Positions 1 to 10,004 are shown, numbered from the stretch's first letter. The stretch: 39,568 nucleotides of DNA from an uncultured Candidatus Saccharibacteria bacterium (GCA_964435455.1 CAYSYH010000004.1:1-39568), one strand, 5' to 3'. Notes: a model not told the origin generated them from the sequence alone. Made by a program: numbers and translations.

Positions 1-159
1 GGGGATAATGCTAAAATGGCTAAGATTTCTTGGGTTGATTATGAACCTGTTACTATAAAAAAAGAATCTGTTGTAAAGTCATCTAATCAAACAAAATTAC
101 AGAAATCTAAAAAATCTTCTTCTGTAAAGAAAAAGATTATAAAGAAACCTAAAAAATAA
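1..159 (+). CDS. rplQ: 50S ribosomal protein L17, C-terminal part (truncated by window start), with Lys/Ser-rich tail
   Basis: Frame 1 reads GDNAKMAKISWVD..., matching the L17 C-terminal GDxAxMAxI motif; TAA at 157-159; directly upstream of rplM. Not in the ORF track. Confidence 0.85.
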   Translation, partial: GDNAKMAKISWVDYEPVTIKKESVVKSSNQTKLQKSKKSSSVKKKIIKKPKK

Positions 160-161
160 TT

Positions 162-593
162 ATGAATACTAATACAAGCGTGCCAAAAAAATTTAAAGAA
201 AAAGATATATCTTGGTATATTATAGATGCTTCTAAAGGTTCTTTAGGTCGCATAGCTACTAAAGTTTCATTTTTGCTTTTAGGTAAAAATAGTACTGATT
301 TTGTATACAATCAAGTTCCTAGAACCAAGGTTATTGTTGTAAACGCTAAAAAAGTTAGATTAACAGGTAACAAGCTGCAGTCAAAAAAATATTATAGACA
401 TTCTGGTTATGCAGGTGGTTTAAAGGAACGAACAGTAAGCTATTATTTGAATAAATCTCCTAAATTTATAATTGAAACCGCTGTAAAAGGTATGTTGCCT
501 AAAAATAAATTAAGAGATAAAATCTTAAAAAATTTATATATTTATGAGGATACAAATCACCCTCATAAAGCTAATATTGTAAAAGTTAATTAA
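162..593 (+). CDS. rplM: 50S ribosomal protein L13
   Basis: WYIIDA..LGRIAT, YYRHSGYAGGLK, AVKGMLPKN and HPH motifs. Confidence 0.97.
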   Translation: MNTNTSVPKKFKEKDISWYIIDASKGSLGRIATKVSFLLLGKNSTDFVYNQVPRTKVIVVNAKKVRLTGNKLQSKKYYRHSGYAGGLKERTVSYYLNKSPKFIIETAVKGMLPKNKLRDKILKNLYIYEDTNHPHKANIVKVN

Positions 594-595
594 AT

Positions 596-1084
596 ATGGA
601 AAGTAAAAAAAACGTAAAAAAAGAATTAACTCCTAAAGAAAGGTTAAAAATAGTTTTAGATCTTCAGGAAAAGGCTTTAAACTCTAAACAAGAATTTATT
701 AGTTCTGTAGGTAGAAGAAAAAGGTCTATAGCTAGGTTATGGCTTTACGAAAAAAGAGGTGAATTTTTAATAAATGGTGTTCCTATTTCTAAAAAATATT
801 CTCAACCTTACCAAGTTGCTATATGGATAAAACCTTTCCATTTGGTTGGTATTTCTCACCCTACATCTAAATTTAGTGCTACTATAAAAGTACATGGAGG
901 AGGTACTACAGGTCAACTTGAAGCTATACAATTAGCTTTTGCTCGTGCCTTGGTTACTTTAAACCCAGAGTATCGTTCTGTTTTAAAATCTGCTGGTCTA
1001 CTTACAAGAGATCCTAGAGAAGTAGAAAGAAAGAAAACCTCTCAACCTAAGGCTCGTAAGAAAGAACAGTACTCCAAACGTTAA
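596..1084 (+). CDS. rpsI: 30S ribosomal protein S9
   Basis: GRRKRSIAR, VHGGGTTGQ, LLTRDPREVERKK and C-terminal QYSKR; follows rplM. Confidence 0.97.
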   Translation: MESKKNVKKELTPKERLKIVLDLQEKALNSKQEFISSVGRRKRSIARLWLYEKRGEFLINGVPISKKYSQPYQVAIWIKPFHLVGISHPTSKFSATIKVHGGGTTGQLEAIQLAFARALVTLNPEYRSVLKSAGLLTRDPREVERKKTSQPKARKKEQYSKR

Positions 1085-1146
1085 TCTTTTTATAAAAGAT
1101 ATATAAATTCTTTTATTTTTCTAGTATTTTATTTATTATATAAATA

Positions 1147-2184
1147 ATGCCAAAAGATTTTGTATCCTCTAACTTAAATCATACCCTATCCGATACTAAT
1201 AAATATGTACGTAGGTTTTTTAAACTATCTCTTAAGGATAGAGAACGTATATATAAAATAGTCAAGGAAAATGCTATAGATGATTTTTCTTTTTATTTAC
1301 TAACTGTACTAGGTACAATAATTATTACATTGGGTTTAATTATAAATAGTGGGGCGGTAGTTATTGGGGGAATGTTAATTACCCCAATAATATGGCCTAT
1401 ATTAGCTTTTTCACTCTCTGTTATAAAGGGTAGGGTATTTTCTGTTCAAAAATATTTTTTTGTAGTGTTAAAAACTACCATTATAGTTTTTATTGTTTCT
1501 TTATTAGTAGGTTTTATATCTCCTTTTGATACTTTTAAAGAGGAAGTATTGAGTAGAACTGAACCTACACTTATAGAGTTGTTAATCGGTTTTGCTGCTG
1601 GTTTTATAGGTGCGTATGCTGTATCCTCTAAAAAAATACTTTCTAGTATTGGAGGAGTTGCTGTAGCTGTTTCCTTAGTTCCTCCGCTTTGTGTAGCAGG
1701 TTTAACGTTGTCTTCTGGTGATTATTCCTCTGCAGTAGGGGCTTTTTTATTGTATGTATCCAATTTATTAGGTATCTCCACAGCATCTTTAGTTGTTTTT
1801 ATACTAGAGGGTTATTTTACAACAGCTTCTGTAAATATTAAAAATGCACGAAAAAATTATTTAACCTGGAGTTTTATTTTGTTAATACTTACAACAATAC
1901 CGTTGCTAATTCTTACAAAATCTCTCATATCTGAGCAAAAAACTAAAACCTTTATATTACAGACTACTAAAAATGTGTATCCAAATATTGTAATTACTAA
2001 TATATCTGTAAATGACGATATTACTATTGTAGTAGATTTAACTGCCCAATCTGCTGGAGATATAAATACTACAAACTTAGAAAATTTAGCCAGAATTTAT
2101 TCTAAAAAATTTAAAAAACCAGTAACTATAAATTTAGATATTATAGAACTTAAGAAGTATAAAACAACAACATATACCCCTTAA
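1147..2184 (+). CDS. DUF389/TIGR00341 family membrane protein
   Basis: GL..NSGAVVIGGMLITP, E.LSRTEP and GVAVAVSLVPPLCVAG motifs; multiple TM helices. Confidence 0.85.
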   Translation: MPKDFVSSNLNHTLSDTNKYVRRFFKLSLKDRERIYKIVKENAIDDFSFYLLTVLGTIIITLGLIINSGAVVIGGMLITPIIWPILAFSLSVIKGRVFSVQKYFFVVLKTTIIVFIVSLLVGFISPFDTFKEEVLSRTEPTLIELLIGFAAGFIGAYAVSSKKILSSIGGVAVAVSLVPPLCVAGLTLSSGDYSSAVGAFLLYVSNLLGISTASLVVFILEGYFTTASVNIKNARKNYLTWSFILLILTTIPLLILTKSLISEQKTKTFILQTTKNVYPNIVITNISVNDDITIVVDLTAQSAGDINTTNLENLARIYSKKFKKPVTINLDIIELKKYKTTTYTP

Positions 2185-2210
2185 TTAATTGTTATTTTTA
2201 TTAGTATTTT

Positions 2211-3107
2211 ATGTCATCTTATACTACTTTGCATCTAAAACTTCGTAAATATCACAAAAAGTCTATAAGGAAACTTTTAAAAAATCATAAAAATACTCTA
2301 AAATCTTTAAAAAAGAATTCTGTCACATTTATTGGTACTGCAGTTTTTGCAAGTAGTGCTTTAACAAATATTTCTAATAATATTGTTACTAAAAATGACT
2401 TAAAAAAACAGTCAATTATCAAAAAAGATTATTTTCTACATTATCCCAAATCATCTAAAATTAGTTTTTTATCTAACTATCCCAATAATTCAAAAAATGT
2501 TATTCCTTCTCAAGATAAAAATGTTTTAAGTTACAAAGAACAAGAGCAGGTAAAGGATTTTCTTTCACAATACTTTAATATACCTTTAGCTATAAAACTG
2601 GAGGGAAAAATTCTACCAAATGTATCTGGGTCCTCTATTTGGGGATACTTTGGTCAAGAGCAGCACTTATATAGATGGCCGGGAGATAGCTTATCCCAAC
2701 ATATTAATTATTTATATCATGGAATAGCTCCAAAATATGGAGCTTTTGGTTATTTCGATAATGCTAAACAGGAAAAATATTATATAGCCGTACCTCTTCA
2801 TTTATTACCTAATTGGAACACTAAATGGACTACCCTTAAACCTTGGTATCGCTACAGAAAAGTTTTTGTTTATAACCCTAAAAATAATAAGGCTGTAGTT
2901 GCTGTTATAGGTGATGTAGGTCCTGCTAAATGGACTGGTAAACATTTTGGGGCCAGCCCTGAAGTAATGCATTATCTAAATATGGTAGACGGTAGGCGTA
3001 AAAGTAAGGCTATAGTACTTTTTGTAAATGATAAAGATGATAAAATAAAGTTAGGACCTATAAAACATTTAGATTTAGATAACATTAAGTTTATAAGAAA
3101 TTTGTAA
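2211..3107 (+). CDS. Hypothetical exported protein with a putative C-terminal double-psi beta-barrel (RlpA/expansin-like) domain
   Basis: Basic N-terminus then a hydrophobic segment; KVFVYNPKNNKAVVAVIGDVGP...FGASPEVMHYL resembles the DPBB pattern V.V.N..NG+SVVV.I.DRGP...DLS..A. Confidence 0.55.
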   Translation: MSSYTTLHLKLRKYHKKSIRKLLKNHKNTLKSLKKNSVTFIGTAVFASSALTNISNNIVTKNDLKKQSIIKKDYFLHYPKSSKISFLSNYPNNSKNVIPSQDKNVLSYKEQEQVKDFLSQYFNIPLAIKLEGKILPNVSGSSIWGYFGQEQHLYRWPGDSLSQHINYLYHGIAPKYGAFGYFDNAKQEKYYIAVPLHLLPNWNTKWTTLKPWYRYRKVFVYNPKNNKAVVAVIGDVGPAKWTGKHFGASPEVMHYLNMVDGRRKSKAIVLFVNDKDDKIKLGPIKHLDLDNIKFIRNL

Positions 3108-3110
3108 ATA

Positions 3111-3449
3111 ATGAATCCTTTTTTTTTAACTTTAAAAATTGAGGTATCAAATTTTAAACTAGAATTAAAAAGCATAAATATCTCTCCAACAAAGGTTAAT
3201 TCATTAAAAAAAATAGCTCATGAAATACTTCTTACAGAATTGTTAGATTTTTGTCTTTCTGAATTAAATGATTCTAAAAAAAAGAAAGAGTTTTTATCTT
3301 TACTTATTGTAAAAAAAGAGCACAAAAATGCCTTAAATTTTTTAATAAACCATATTGAGAATTTTCATATAAAACTTAAAAAAGAAAGTCTTAGGATAGA
3401 TTTAGATTTGGCTCAAATTGTCAAAAATATAAAAAATAATTCAAATTAG
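3111..3449 (+). CDS. Hypothetical protein (helical, 112 aa)
   Basis: ORF starts 3 nt after the upstream stop; no recognisable motif. Confidence 0.6.
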   Translation: MNPFFLTLKIEVSNFKLELKSINISPTKVNSLKKIAHEILLTELLDFCLSELNDSKKKKEFLSLLIVKKEHKNALNFLINHIENFHIKLKKESLRIDLDLAQIVKNIKNNSN

Positions 3450-4621
3450 TTTTTTGTTTTATTTGTGATAGCCTGTTTATCTATTGCAGGAAGATAAAAA
3501 TAAACATCTCCTGTTTGTCTTTGTTCTGTAGTAAATTTTCCTGAAAATACATATATAGGTTGTAAATATTTAGTAAAATTTTTTGTAGTATAATAAGCTA
3601 AATCAATATTTCTTATATCAATAGTTTTTATATTTTTTATAGATTGATTGGGTGCAAAATAATCAGCTCCTGCTTTTTTAATGTATACTAAACTAGCCTC
3701 CTTGTTTTTAAGCTTGTCCCAAGCTTCTTTAGTGCTAATTATAGGATATGTTCCATATGTGTTTTCAATATCATAAAAATAATAATTTAAATCTGTTAAT
3801 ATAGTCCCTTTATTTGTTTTAGCTACAAAGCCATATATATTTGATATATTAGGATTTTTAGCTAATAAATCCTTATATACTGGGATGTTTTTATATGTTC
3901 CCTTTTTTTTATCTATTAATTTTGTTTTATATATATATGGCTTTTTTAAGACCACGCTTATATATTTAATTGTTTGTTTGTTAGGTAAAGGTGTTTCCTT
4001 AATAATTCCCTCCTCAATATAAGCTTTTTTAATTATATAGTTGGATTTGTTAAAGTCTTCTTTCCAAAATCCTATTTTTTTTAAAGTATTTGTTACTGTA
4101 TCTATAACTTCATTATTTGTAGGGGCCACCCCTGGCGTTAGTATTCTTTCTAAATAACCTTTATTTGTCTCTAAACTGAACGTTTCAAAAAACACGTCCG
4201 CTTCAAATTTTCTGTTTTGTGTTGGATCTATCCAAAGTCTTCTACTTTTTGATATTTTCTTAGAGGAAGAATTAAAACCTAAAGTATTAGCTATTTTCTT
4301 AAAATTTTCTTCTCTTATTACAGAAACTCTAGGTTCTATATTTTTGTATACTATTGCTTTTCTACCAAAGTCAGGCAATTTTGGTGTGTTTAATTCTTGC
4401 CTAAAAGTTACGTTGTCCAAATTAATTGCTAAAGTAGGTATCTCTAATTTTTCTATTTTTTGATACATAAAATTTGGAGGAGGTGGTGGGTTGGGGAATA
4501 CTTTGGTATACAAGTTTGCAAATATACTAATTATTAAATCACCTAGTAAGTATAATACTAGGAAAATTAAGAAAAAAGCTACACTTTTTTTTGTTAGTTC
4601 GGCAGATTCGTTTAATGTCAT
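3446..4621 (-). CDS. Hypothetical membrane-anchored protein (N-terminal TM, PPPPP linker, large extracytoplasmic domain)
   Basis: Long ORF. Start moved from 4729 to ATG 4621 (MTLNESA), which removes the overlap with gltX and lies 8 nt after TGtTAAAAT. Confidence 0.75.
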   Translation of the reverse strand: MTLNESAELTKKSVAFFLIFLVLYLLGDLIISIFANLYTKVFPNPPPPPNFMYQKIEKLEIPTLAINLDNVTFRQELNTPKLPDFGRKAIVYKNIEPRVSVIREENFKKIANTLGFNSSSKKISKSRRLWIDPTQNRKFEADVFFETFSLETNKGYLERILTPGVAPTNNEVIDTVTNTLKKIGFWKEDFNKSNYIIKKAYIEEGIIKETPLPNKQTIKYISVVLKKPYIYKTKLIDKKKGTYKNIPVYKDLLAKNPNISNIYGFVAKTNKGTILTDLNYYFYDIENTYGTYPIISTKEAWDKLKNKEASLVYIKKAGADYFAPNQSIKNIKTIDIRNIDLAYYTTKNFTKYLQPIYVFSGKFTTEQRQTGDVYFYLPAIDKQAITNKTKN

Positions 4622-4701
4622 TCTATACAATTTTAACATTACACTTGGATAGTTGAAACTTTTAAAATAGGTTGGTTTATGTGTGTTATAATTTTGTTGA
4701 T

Positions 4702-6141
4702 ATGAAAGTAAGAACAAGAATTGCTCCAAGCCCTACAGGCTACCCTCATTTAGGAACTGCTTATCAAGCTTTAATAAATAAAGCATATGCTAAAAAATAC
4801 AAAGGCTCTTTTGTAATTCGTATAGAAGATACGGATCGCACACGTTTTGTAGAAGATGCAGAAAAACGTTTATATAAAGCTTTAGATTGGTTGAATTTAA
4901 CCGAAGATGAAGGACCAAGAAAAGGTGGTGATTTTGGACCTTACCGGCAATCTGAACGCCTTTCCCTTTACAAAAAATATGCCTTAGATTTGGTTAAAAA
5001 AGGGCACGCTTATTATTGTTTTTGTACCAAGGAGAGGTTAGAAAAAGTCCGAAAAAACCAACAAAAAAATGGGTTACCCTCTATGTATGATGGCCATTGT
5101 AGAACTCTTTCTAAAAATGTTATACAAAAAAATCTAAAATTAGGTAAAAGCTATGTTATCCGCTTAAAGGTTCCAAAAAATAAGAAGATTGTAGTACACG
5201 ACTTAATTAGGGGAGAAATAGTTTTTGATTCTAATACTATAGATGACCAAGTTATACTTAAATCCGATGGATTTCCTACTTATCACTTAGCTGTTGTTGT
5301 AGATGATCATTTGATGAATATAACTCATGTTGTTAGAGATGCTGGCTGGATTCCTAGCTTTCCTAAACATAAACTTATTTATGATTATTTAGGTTGGGAG
5401 ATGCCTATTTTTTTACACACCCCTACTATTATTAATATGTCTGGAGGAAAGCTTTCTAAACGGGATTCCTCTTCTGATATAAATTGGTATAAAGAACAAG
5501 GTTTTTTGCCAGAAGCTATATTAAATTTTTTAGCTTTATTAGGATGGAGTCATCCTAAAGGAAAGGAAATATTTGATTTTAACGAATTTATCAAATATTT
5601 TGATTTAAAAGATATATCTCCTGTTACTCCAAAACTAGATTTAGTTAAGTTAGAGTGGATTAACGGTATTTATATTAGAAATTTAACATTAAACGAATTT
5701 TTAAAAAGAAGTTTAGATTATTTACCTAGCGAATATACTAGAAATTTAGACTATTTAAAAAAAATACTTCCATTAGTTCGTGATAGAGTAAAAAGGCTTT
5801 CTGAGCTTTCTTATCTTATATCTTATTTTTTTGAATATCCCAAAGGTACTAAACAAATTAGAGAATTAGCTCTTAAGGAAAGTAAAAAAAACTATAAACA
5901 AACTAAAGAAGTATTACATCACATTATTGATATTTTAGATTCAATTAAAGATTCTAACTGGACCTCTTCTTATATTGATACTTTGTTGCATAAATTAATG
6001 ATGCAATTAAATATTAAACCAAGACAATTTTTTATGCCTATAAGAATAATTGTAACAGGTAGGAGTTTTTCACCTCCTGTTGCTGATATGTTAGAAGTAC
6101 TAGGTAAACAAGAAACCTTAAAAAGATTAAAGAGATTTTAA
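4702..6141 (+). CDS. gltX: Glutamate--tRNA ligase
   Basis: VRTRIAPSPTG..HLGT (HIGH), RIEDTD, CFC...YDGHCR, DGFPTYH, KLSKR; start re-assigned to MKVRTR at 4702. Confidence 0.96.
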   Translation: MKVRTRIAPSPTGYPHLGTAYQALINKAYAKKYKGSFVIRIEDTDRTRFVEDAEKRLYKALDWLNLTEDEGPRKGGDFGPYRQSERLSLYKKYALDLVKKGHAYYCFCTKERLEKVRKNQQKNGLPSMYDGHCRTLSKNVIQKNLKLGKSYVIRLKVPKNKKIVVHDLIRGEIVFDSNTIDDQVILKSDGFPTYHLAVVVDDHLMNITHVVRDAGWIPSFPKHKLIYDYLGWEMPIFLHTPTIINMSGGKLSKRDSSSDINWYKEQGFLPEAILNFLALLGWSHPKGKEIFDFNEFIKYFDLKDISPVTPKLDLVKLEWINGIYIRNLTLNEFLKRSLDYLPSEYTRNLDYLKKILPLVRDRVKRLSELSYLISYFFEYPKGTKQIRELALKESKKNYKQTKEVLHHIIDILDSIKDSNWTSSYIDTLLHKLMMQLNIKPRQFFMPIRIIVTGRSFSPPVADMLEVLGKQETLKRLKRF

Positions 6142-7365
6142 GAGTTTTTTGGAACTTTTTTTATAACTCTCTACGTTAGGTTGACCAAATGGATTAATTT
6201 TTAGTATTTTTCCTAAAAAATATATTTCTATCATTTTAAACATCATTAATCTTCCTAAATCCTCTTCTAAAGACTCTCCTTTTAAAACTATTTGTGAATA
6301 ATAAATTTTATTTTTTTTATAATCTTTTAAAACCGATTCGTAAATAGCTTTTTTTATTTCTGTAATACTTTTGTTGTTTAATAAGTTTTTAACTTTTTTT
6401 CCTAGTGGGCTTTGTTTTATATAATATTTAGACTTTTCTTCTATTATTATAAACTCAAAAATTTTGTCTTTAGGACCACCTACAAAAAGCTGACCTAAAG
6501 AGTGTAAATCTGTTGTACCTATAGCATAGATTGGTGTAATGCCCTTACCGTTTTTGCCTAAACTTTCTGCTAATAGTTGTGAATACCATTTGCCAAAGTA
6601 CTTTAGTCTTTCATTAAATATGAATAAAACTTTAATATTTTTTTTTCTTTTTATAACATCTTGCTTTAAGTTATTGGTGTATTGTAGTACGGGTTCTCCT
6701 TTATTATCCAATATTTTTGTTAATTCTTTTTGGGCTCCTATTAAAAATCTTATTATGTTTATTCTAGCAGTTATTAAGGGAGCTAATCCTACCGCTGTAA
6801 AAATTGAAAATCTTCCACCTATTTTATCTGGTATATATATTGTAGGTAATTTGTTGGTTTTCCCAAACGAATCTAGCAAAGAGTATTTTTGGGTAATAAT
6901 ACATGTTCTTTTCTTTAAAAAGGGCCATTTTTGTATTAACCAACTATAGTTTGTTTGCGTTTCTAATGTTTCTCCCGATTTACTGATTAAAAAAACTGTA
7001 ATTTCATTATCATACACAAATTTATTATTTATTTTTTTTTCTAGTTTTAATAACGTGTTTTTAGATAAATTTTCTAAAAAAAACACTTCTGCTGTATTAT
7101 CCTTTTTTAAAGCGTTATATACGGTTTTTATACCTAAAGACGATCCTCCTATCCCTACTACTATAATTAATTTTGTTTTTGCAATTTTTAGTTTTTTTAA
7201 GGCAAATACTGTCGTTATCAAATTTTTTTTATCAAATGGAGTGTATACAAAAGATTCTTCTTTTTTATATTTCTTATCTTTTATTATTTTACTTAAAAGT
7301 TTAATTGTTTTATCTAGGTTTAGTGTAAAATTATTATGATGTTTATAACGGCTTTTAAATTGCAT
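6127..7365 (-). CDS. pgi: Glucose-6-phosphate isomerase
   Basis: VVGIGGSSLG, ISKSGETLET, IGGRFS, QLLAESLGK, DLHSLGQ, NPFGQPNVESYK. Confidence 0.93.
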   Translation of the reverse strand: MQFKSRYKHHNNFTLNLDKTIKLLSKIIKDKKYKKEESFVYTPFDKKNLITTVFALKKLKIAKTKLIIVVGIGGSSLGIKTVYNALKKDNTAEVFFLENLSKNTLLKLEKKINNKFVYDNEITVFLISKSGETLETQTNYSWLIQKWPFLKKRTCIITQKYSLLDSFGKTNKLPTIYIPDKIGGRFSIFTAVGLAPLITARINIIRFLIGAQKELTKILDNKGEPVLQYTNNLKQDVIKRKKNIKVLFIFNERLKYFGKWYSQLLAESLGKNGKGITPIYAIGTTDLHSLGQLFVGGPKDKIFEFIIIEEKSKYYIKQSPLGKKVKNLLNNKSITEIKKAIYESVLKDYKKNKIYYSQIVLKGESLEEDLGRLMMFKMIEIYFLGKILKINPFGQPNVESYKKSSKKLLKSL

Positions 7366-7436
7366 ATTGGGCAGTGGTTTATTTATTTTATTATAACAGT
7401 ATTTATGCTTTATAAAAATTTATTAATTTTTTAAAA

Positions 7437-7976
7437 ATGACTTTAGAAAAAAAAGATTATTTTATTGGAGTGTCATTACCTAAAAAAGAGAGTATTTTTA
7501 TTTCAAACTTGCGTAAATCTTTAGAAAATAAAAATGAGTTGGCTAGTCCACCCCATATTACTTTAGTACCGCCATTTAGGATAGATAATGATTTTGACCT
7601 TAAAAACTTTCTACTTAAAGAAAATCCCCATATAGAAACTTTTAAGATGACTTTTGACACAATTACTTTTTTTAAGCATCCCAAATATGTTACTTTGGTG
7701 TTGCTTTCTAAAGATAATAAAAAAATATCCTATCTACATGATTTTTTAGTTAGCCTTTTAAATAAAAGATTTACTGTTTTTAGTGTTAAAAATAAAAAAT
7801 ACATTCCCCATTTAACTTTAGCCAATAAAGTTTTATATGAAGATGCTGATAGAAAATTAAATTTTTTAAAAAATTTAAATTTGAAAATAAAACTCAAAAT
7901 TTCTTATTATACTGTATATTCAAAATCTAATTCAGCTTTTTGGATTACTGATTTTCAGGTTCCTTTTGTGTTATAA
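7437..7976 (+). CDS. 2H phosphoesterase (2'-5' RNA ligase/ThpR/YjcG-like)
   Basis: Two HxT motifs, PHITL and PHLTL. Confidence 0.85.
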   Translation: MTLEKKDYFIGVSLPKKESIFISNLRKSLENKNELASPPHITLVPPFRIDNDFDLKNFLLKENPHIETFKMTFDTITFFKHPKYVTLVLLSKDNKKISYLHDFLVSLLNKRFTVFSVKNKKYIPHLTLANKVLYEDADRKLNFLKNLNLKIKLKISYYTVYSKSNSAFWITDFQVPFVL

Positions 7977-8005
7977 TAAGTAACACTTTAAATTTATAAA
8001 AAACT

Positions 8006-8632
8006 ATGCCCTTGGTAAAAGATTTATCACTGCCTCCTTTACCTTATTCTTTAGATTCTTTAAGTCCCGTTATTTCTAAAAAAATTATGGATTTGCATTA
8101 TAATAAGCACCATGCCGGTTATTTAAATAAATTAAAAAGTGGTTTAGCTAAAACTAAATACGAAAACGAAACTTTAGAAAACCTTTTTAATAATTTAGAT
8201 TCCTTGCCTGTAGATATCGCAACTATAGTTAAAAATAATGGAGGAGGATTTTGGAACCATGCTTTTTTTTGGCAGGTATTAAGTCCTTCTTTTACTACTC
8301 CTTCTGGGAAAATGTTAGATATTCTAGAAAAATCTTTTAAATCTTTATCTAAGTTTAAAGAAGTTTTTCAACAAAAAGGGCTTTCTGTATTTGGTTCAGG
8401 ATGGGTTTGGTTAGTATTTAATTCTAAAAAATTAGAAATTATAACAACGCCTAATCAAATTAATCCATTAATGGCCTCTTCTTTACACCCTATATTTGGT
8501 GTTGATGTTTGGGAACATGCTTATTATTTAGACTATTATAATGATCGTGCAACGTATCTATCTTCTTTATGGAAAATAGTTAATTGGAATAAGATAGAAG
8601 AGTTTTTAAATGCCTATGGCGGTGATTTTTAG
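8006..8632 (+). CDS. sodA: Fe/Mn superoxide dismutase (Mn-type signature)
   Basis: LPPLPY, HYNKHH, NNGGGFWNH, FGSGWVWL, DVWEHAYY. Confidence 0.93.
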   Translation: MPLVKDLSLPPLPYSLDSLSPVISKKIMDLHYNKHHAGYLNKLKSGLAKTKYENETLENLFNNLDSLPVDIATIVKNNGGGFWNHAFFWQVLSPSFTTPSGKMLDILEKSFKSLSKFKEVFQQKGLSVFGSGWVWLVFNSKKLEIITTPNQINPLMASSLHPIFGVDVWEHAYYLDYYNDRATYLSSLWKIVNWNKIEEFLNAYGGDF

Positions 8633-9506
8633 AAAATATAAGGTATTTATTTTTTATAGTCTATCTGTATTATTATTATTATTTATTTTTTTATTTGTTT
8701 TTTATTTTTTTAGTAGATATTTTGATAATTCATCTATTACTCATATTGACCAAAAAAAAAGCTCTTTAATTGTTGCTAGTCCTGAGATTGTGTACCCTCA
8801 TAAAAAAGCTGTACTTGGTATATCGGATTATAATAAAAAAGTTACTATAGATTTAGAAGACTCCCTACAAAAAACAATTTCTAAATATTCAAAAAATGTT
8901 TCCTTCGGGGTTTATTTTATTGACTCTAACACCAGTATAAAAATAAATTCCAATAGGACCTTTAAGTTTCCTGCTATGATAAATTTAATAATTGCCTTAT
9001 CTACTTTAGAGAGAGTTAATAAAAAATCCTTAGATTTAAATGACACCATAAAAGGTATAAAAATTAGTAATCATTTAAAAAATTTATTTTTAGTTAAGCC
9101 TATATATAAAAATTCTAAGAATGATTTGTTGGAGTTCTTAGGTTTGCCTTACCTACAAAAAAAGGTTAATAACTATGGTTTAAATAATACAGATATTATT
9201 AAACAAACTACTACTGTGTCTGATTCTATTTTGTTATGGAAAAATATTTATACACGGTCTTACCTAGACGATAATTATACTGAATATTTATTAACTTTAA
9301 CTAACAGTCAAAAGGAGTTATCTTTGTTTAAAGATTATTCACATTATTTTACACTTGCTAATAAAATAGGATCTTCAAAAGAGAGCTCTTTATTTTTAAC
9401 TTCAGATCCTTTTGTTATGGCTGTTTTTACTGAAGGTTTATCTCCCATTCAATCTAAAATACTTTTTTCTAGGATTATCAATATAATAACTGTCAATGGG
9501 TTATAA
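8610..9506 (+). CDS. Membrane-anchored class A beta-lactamase-like (serine hydrolase fold) protein, probably catalytically degenerate
   Basis: N-terminal TM; GVYFID..INSN..F, TTT..D..LL and ANKIG motifs; the expected SxxK reads AMIN. Confidence 0.6.
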   Translation: MPMAVIFRKYKVFIFYSLSVLLLLFIFLFVFYFFSRYFDNSSITHIDQKKSSLIVASPEIVYPHKKAVLGISDYNKKVTIDLEDSLQKTISKYSKNVSFGVYFIDSNTSIKINSNRTFKFPAMINLIIALSTLERVNKKSLDLNDTIKGIKISNHLKNLFLVKPIYKNSKNDLLEFLGLPYLQKKVNNYGLNNTDIIKQTTTVSDSILLWKNIYTRSYLDDNYTEYLLTLTNSQKELSLFKDYSHYFTLANKIGSSKESSLFLTSDPFVMAVFTEGLSPIQSKILFSRIINIITVNGL

Positions 9507-9945
9507 AAAAATACGCCTTGAATTTATACTAGTTGCTTTACAATTTTCTTTTTTGTTTTTGCTCTTTTTGCACGCCATTTTTTCTTTTAAATACCGCTTA
9601 AATTTATTATCTTTTATTATTTTTTGTTTAGGTATTTTTTTAGGTATTTGGTCTTTGTTTACAATGAGTAAATATAGTACTTTTTCTATATTTCCCTCTC
9701 CTAAAAAATCTACAAAACTTTTAAAAAAAGGACCTTATGCTTATATTAGGCACCCCATGTATATTTCTATTTTAGTTTCTTTATTACCTTTTATTTTTGA
9801 CATTACATCTTTTTTGCTATATTTTATTCTTTTTATAATATTATCTTTGAAAATAAATTACGAAGAAAAAATACTTTCTACTAAAATAAAAGGGTATAGA
9901 GAATATAAAAAATCTACAAAAAGAATGATTCCCTGGATTTTTTAA
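9496..9945 (+). CDS. Isoprenylcysteine carboxyl methyltransferase/PEMT family membrane protein
   Basis: L...GPYAYIRHPMY and EEK.L...Y.EY.K.T.R.IPWIF. Confidence 0.88.
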   Translation: MGYKKIRLEFILVALQFSFLFLLFLHAIFSFKYRLNLLSFIIFCLGIFLGIWSLFTMSKYSTFSIFPSPKKSTKLLKKGPYAYIRHPMYISILVSLLPFIFDITSFLLYFILFIILSLKINYEEKILSTKIKGYREYKKSTKRMIPWIF

Positions 9946-9953
9946 AAAAAATG

Positions 9954-10000
9954 AAAATCCCCCTTAAGAATATTTATCCTTAAGGGGTAAGGGGTTTTTT
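9954..10000. terminator. Bidirectional intrinsic terminator
   Basis: CCCCTTAAG (9960-68) pairs with CTTAAGGGG (9979-87); a second TAAGGGG copy is followed by TTTTTT; A-run on the left; lies between convergent ORFs. Confidence 0.7.
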
Positions 10001-10004
10001 ATAA

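Noticed and set aside
1084-1101. Hairpin ATCTTTT-TTAT-AAAAGAT after rpsI as a terminator
   Set aside because: Almost entirely A-T pairs; too weak to distinguish from background.
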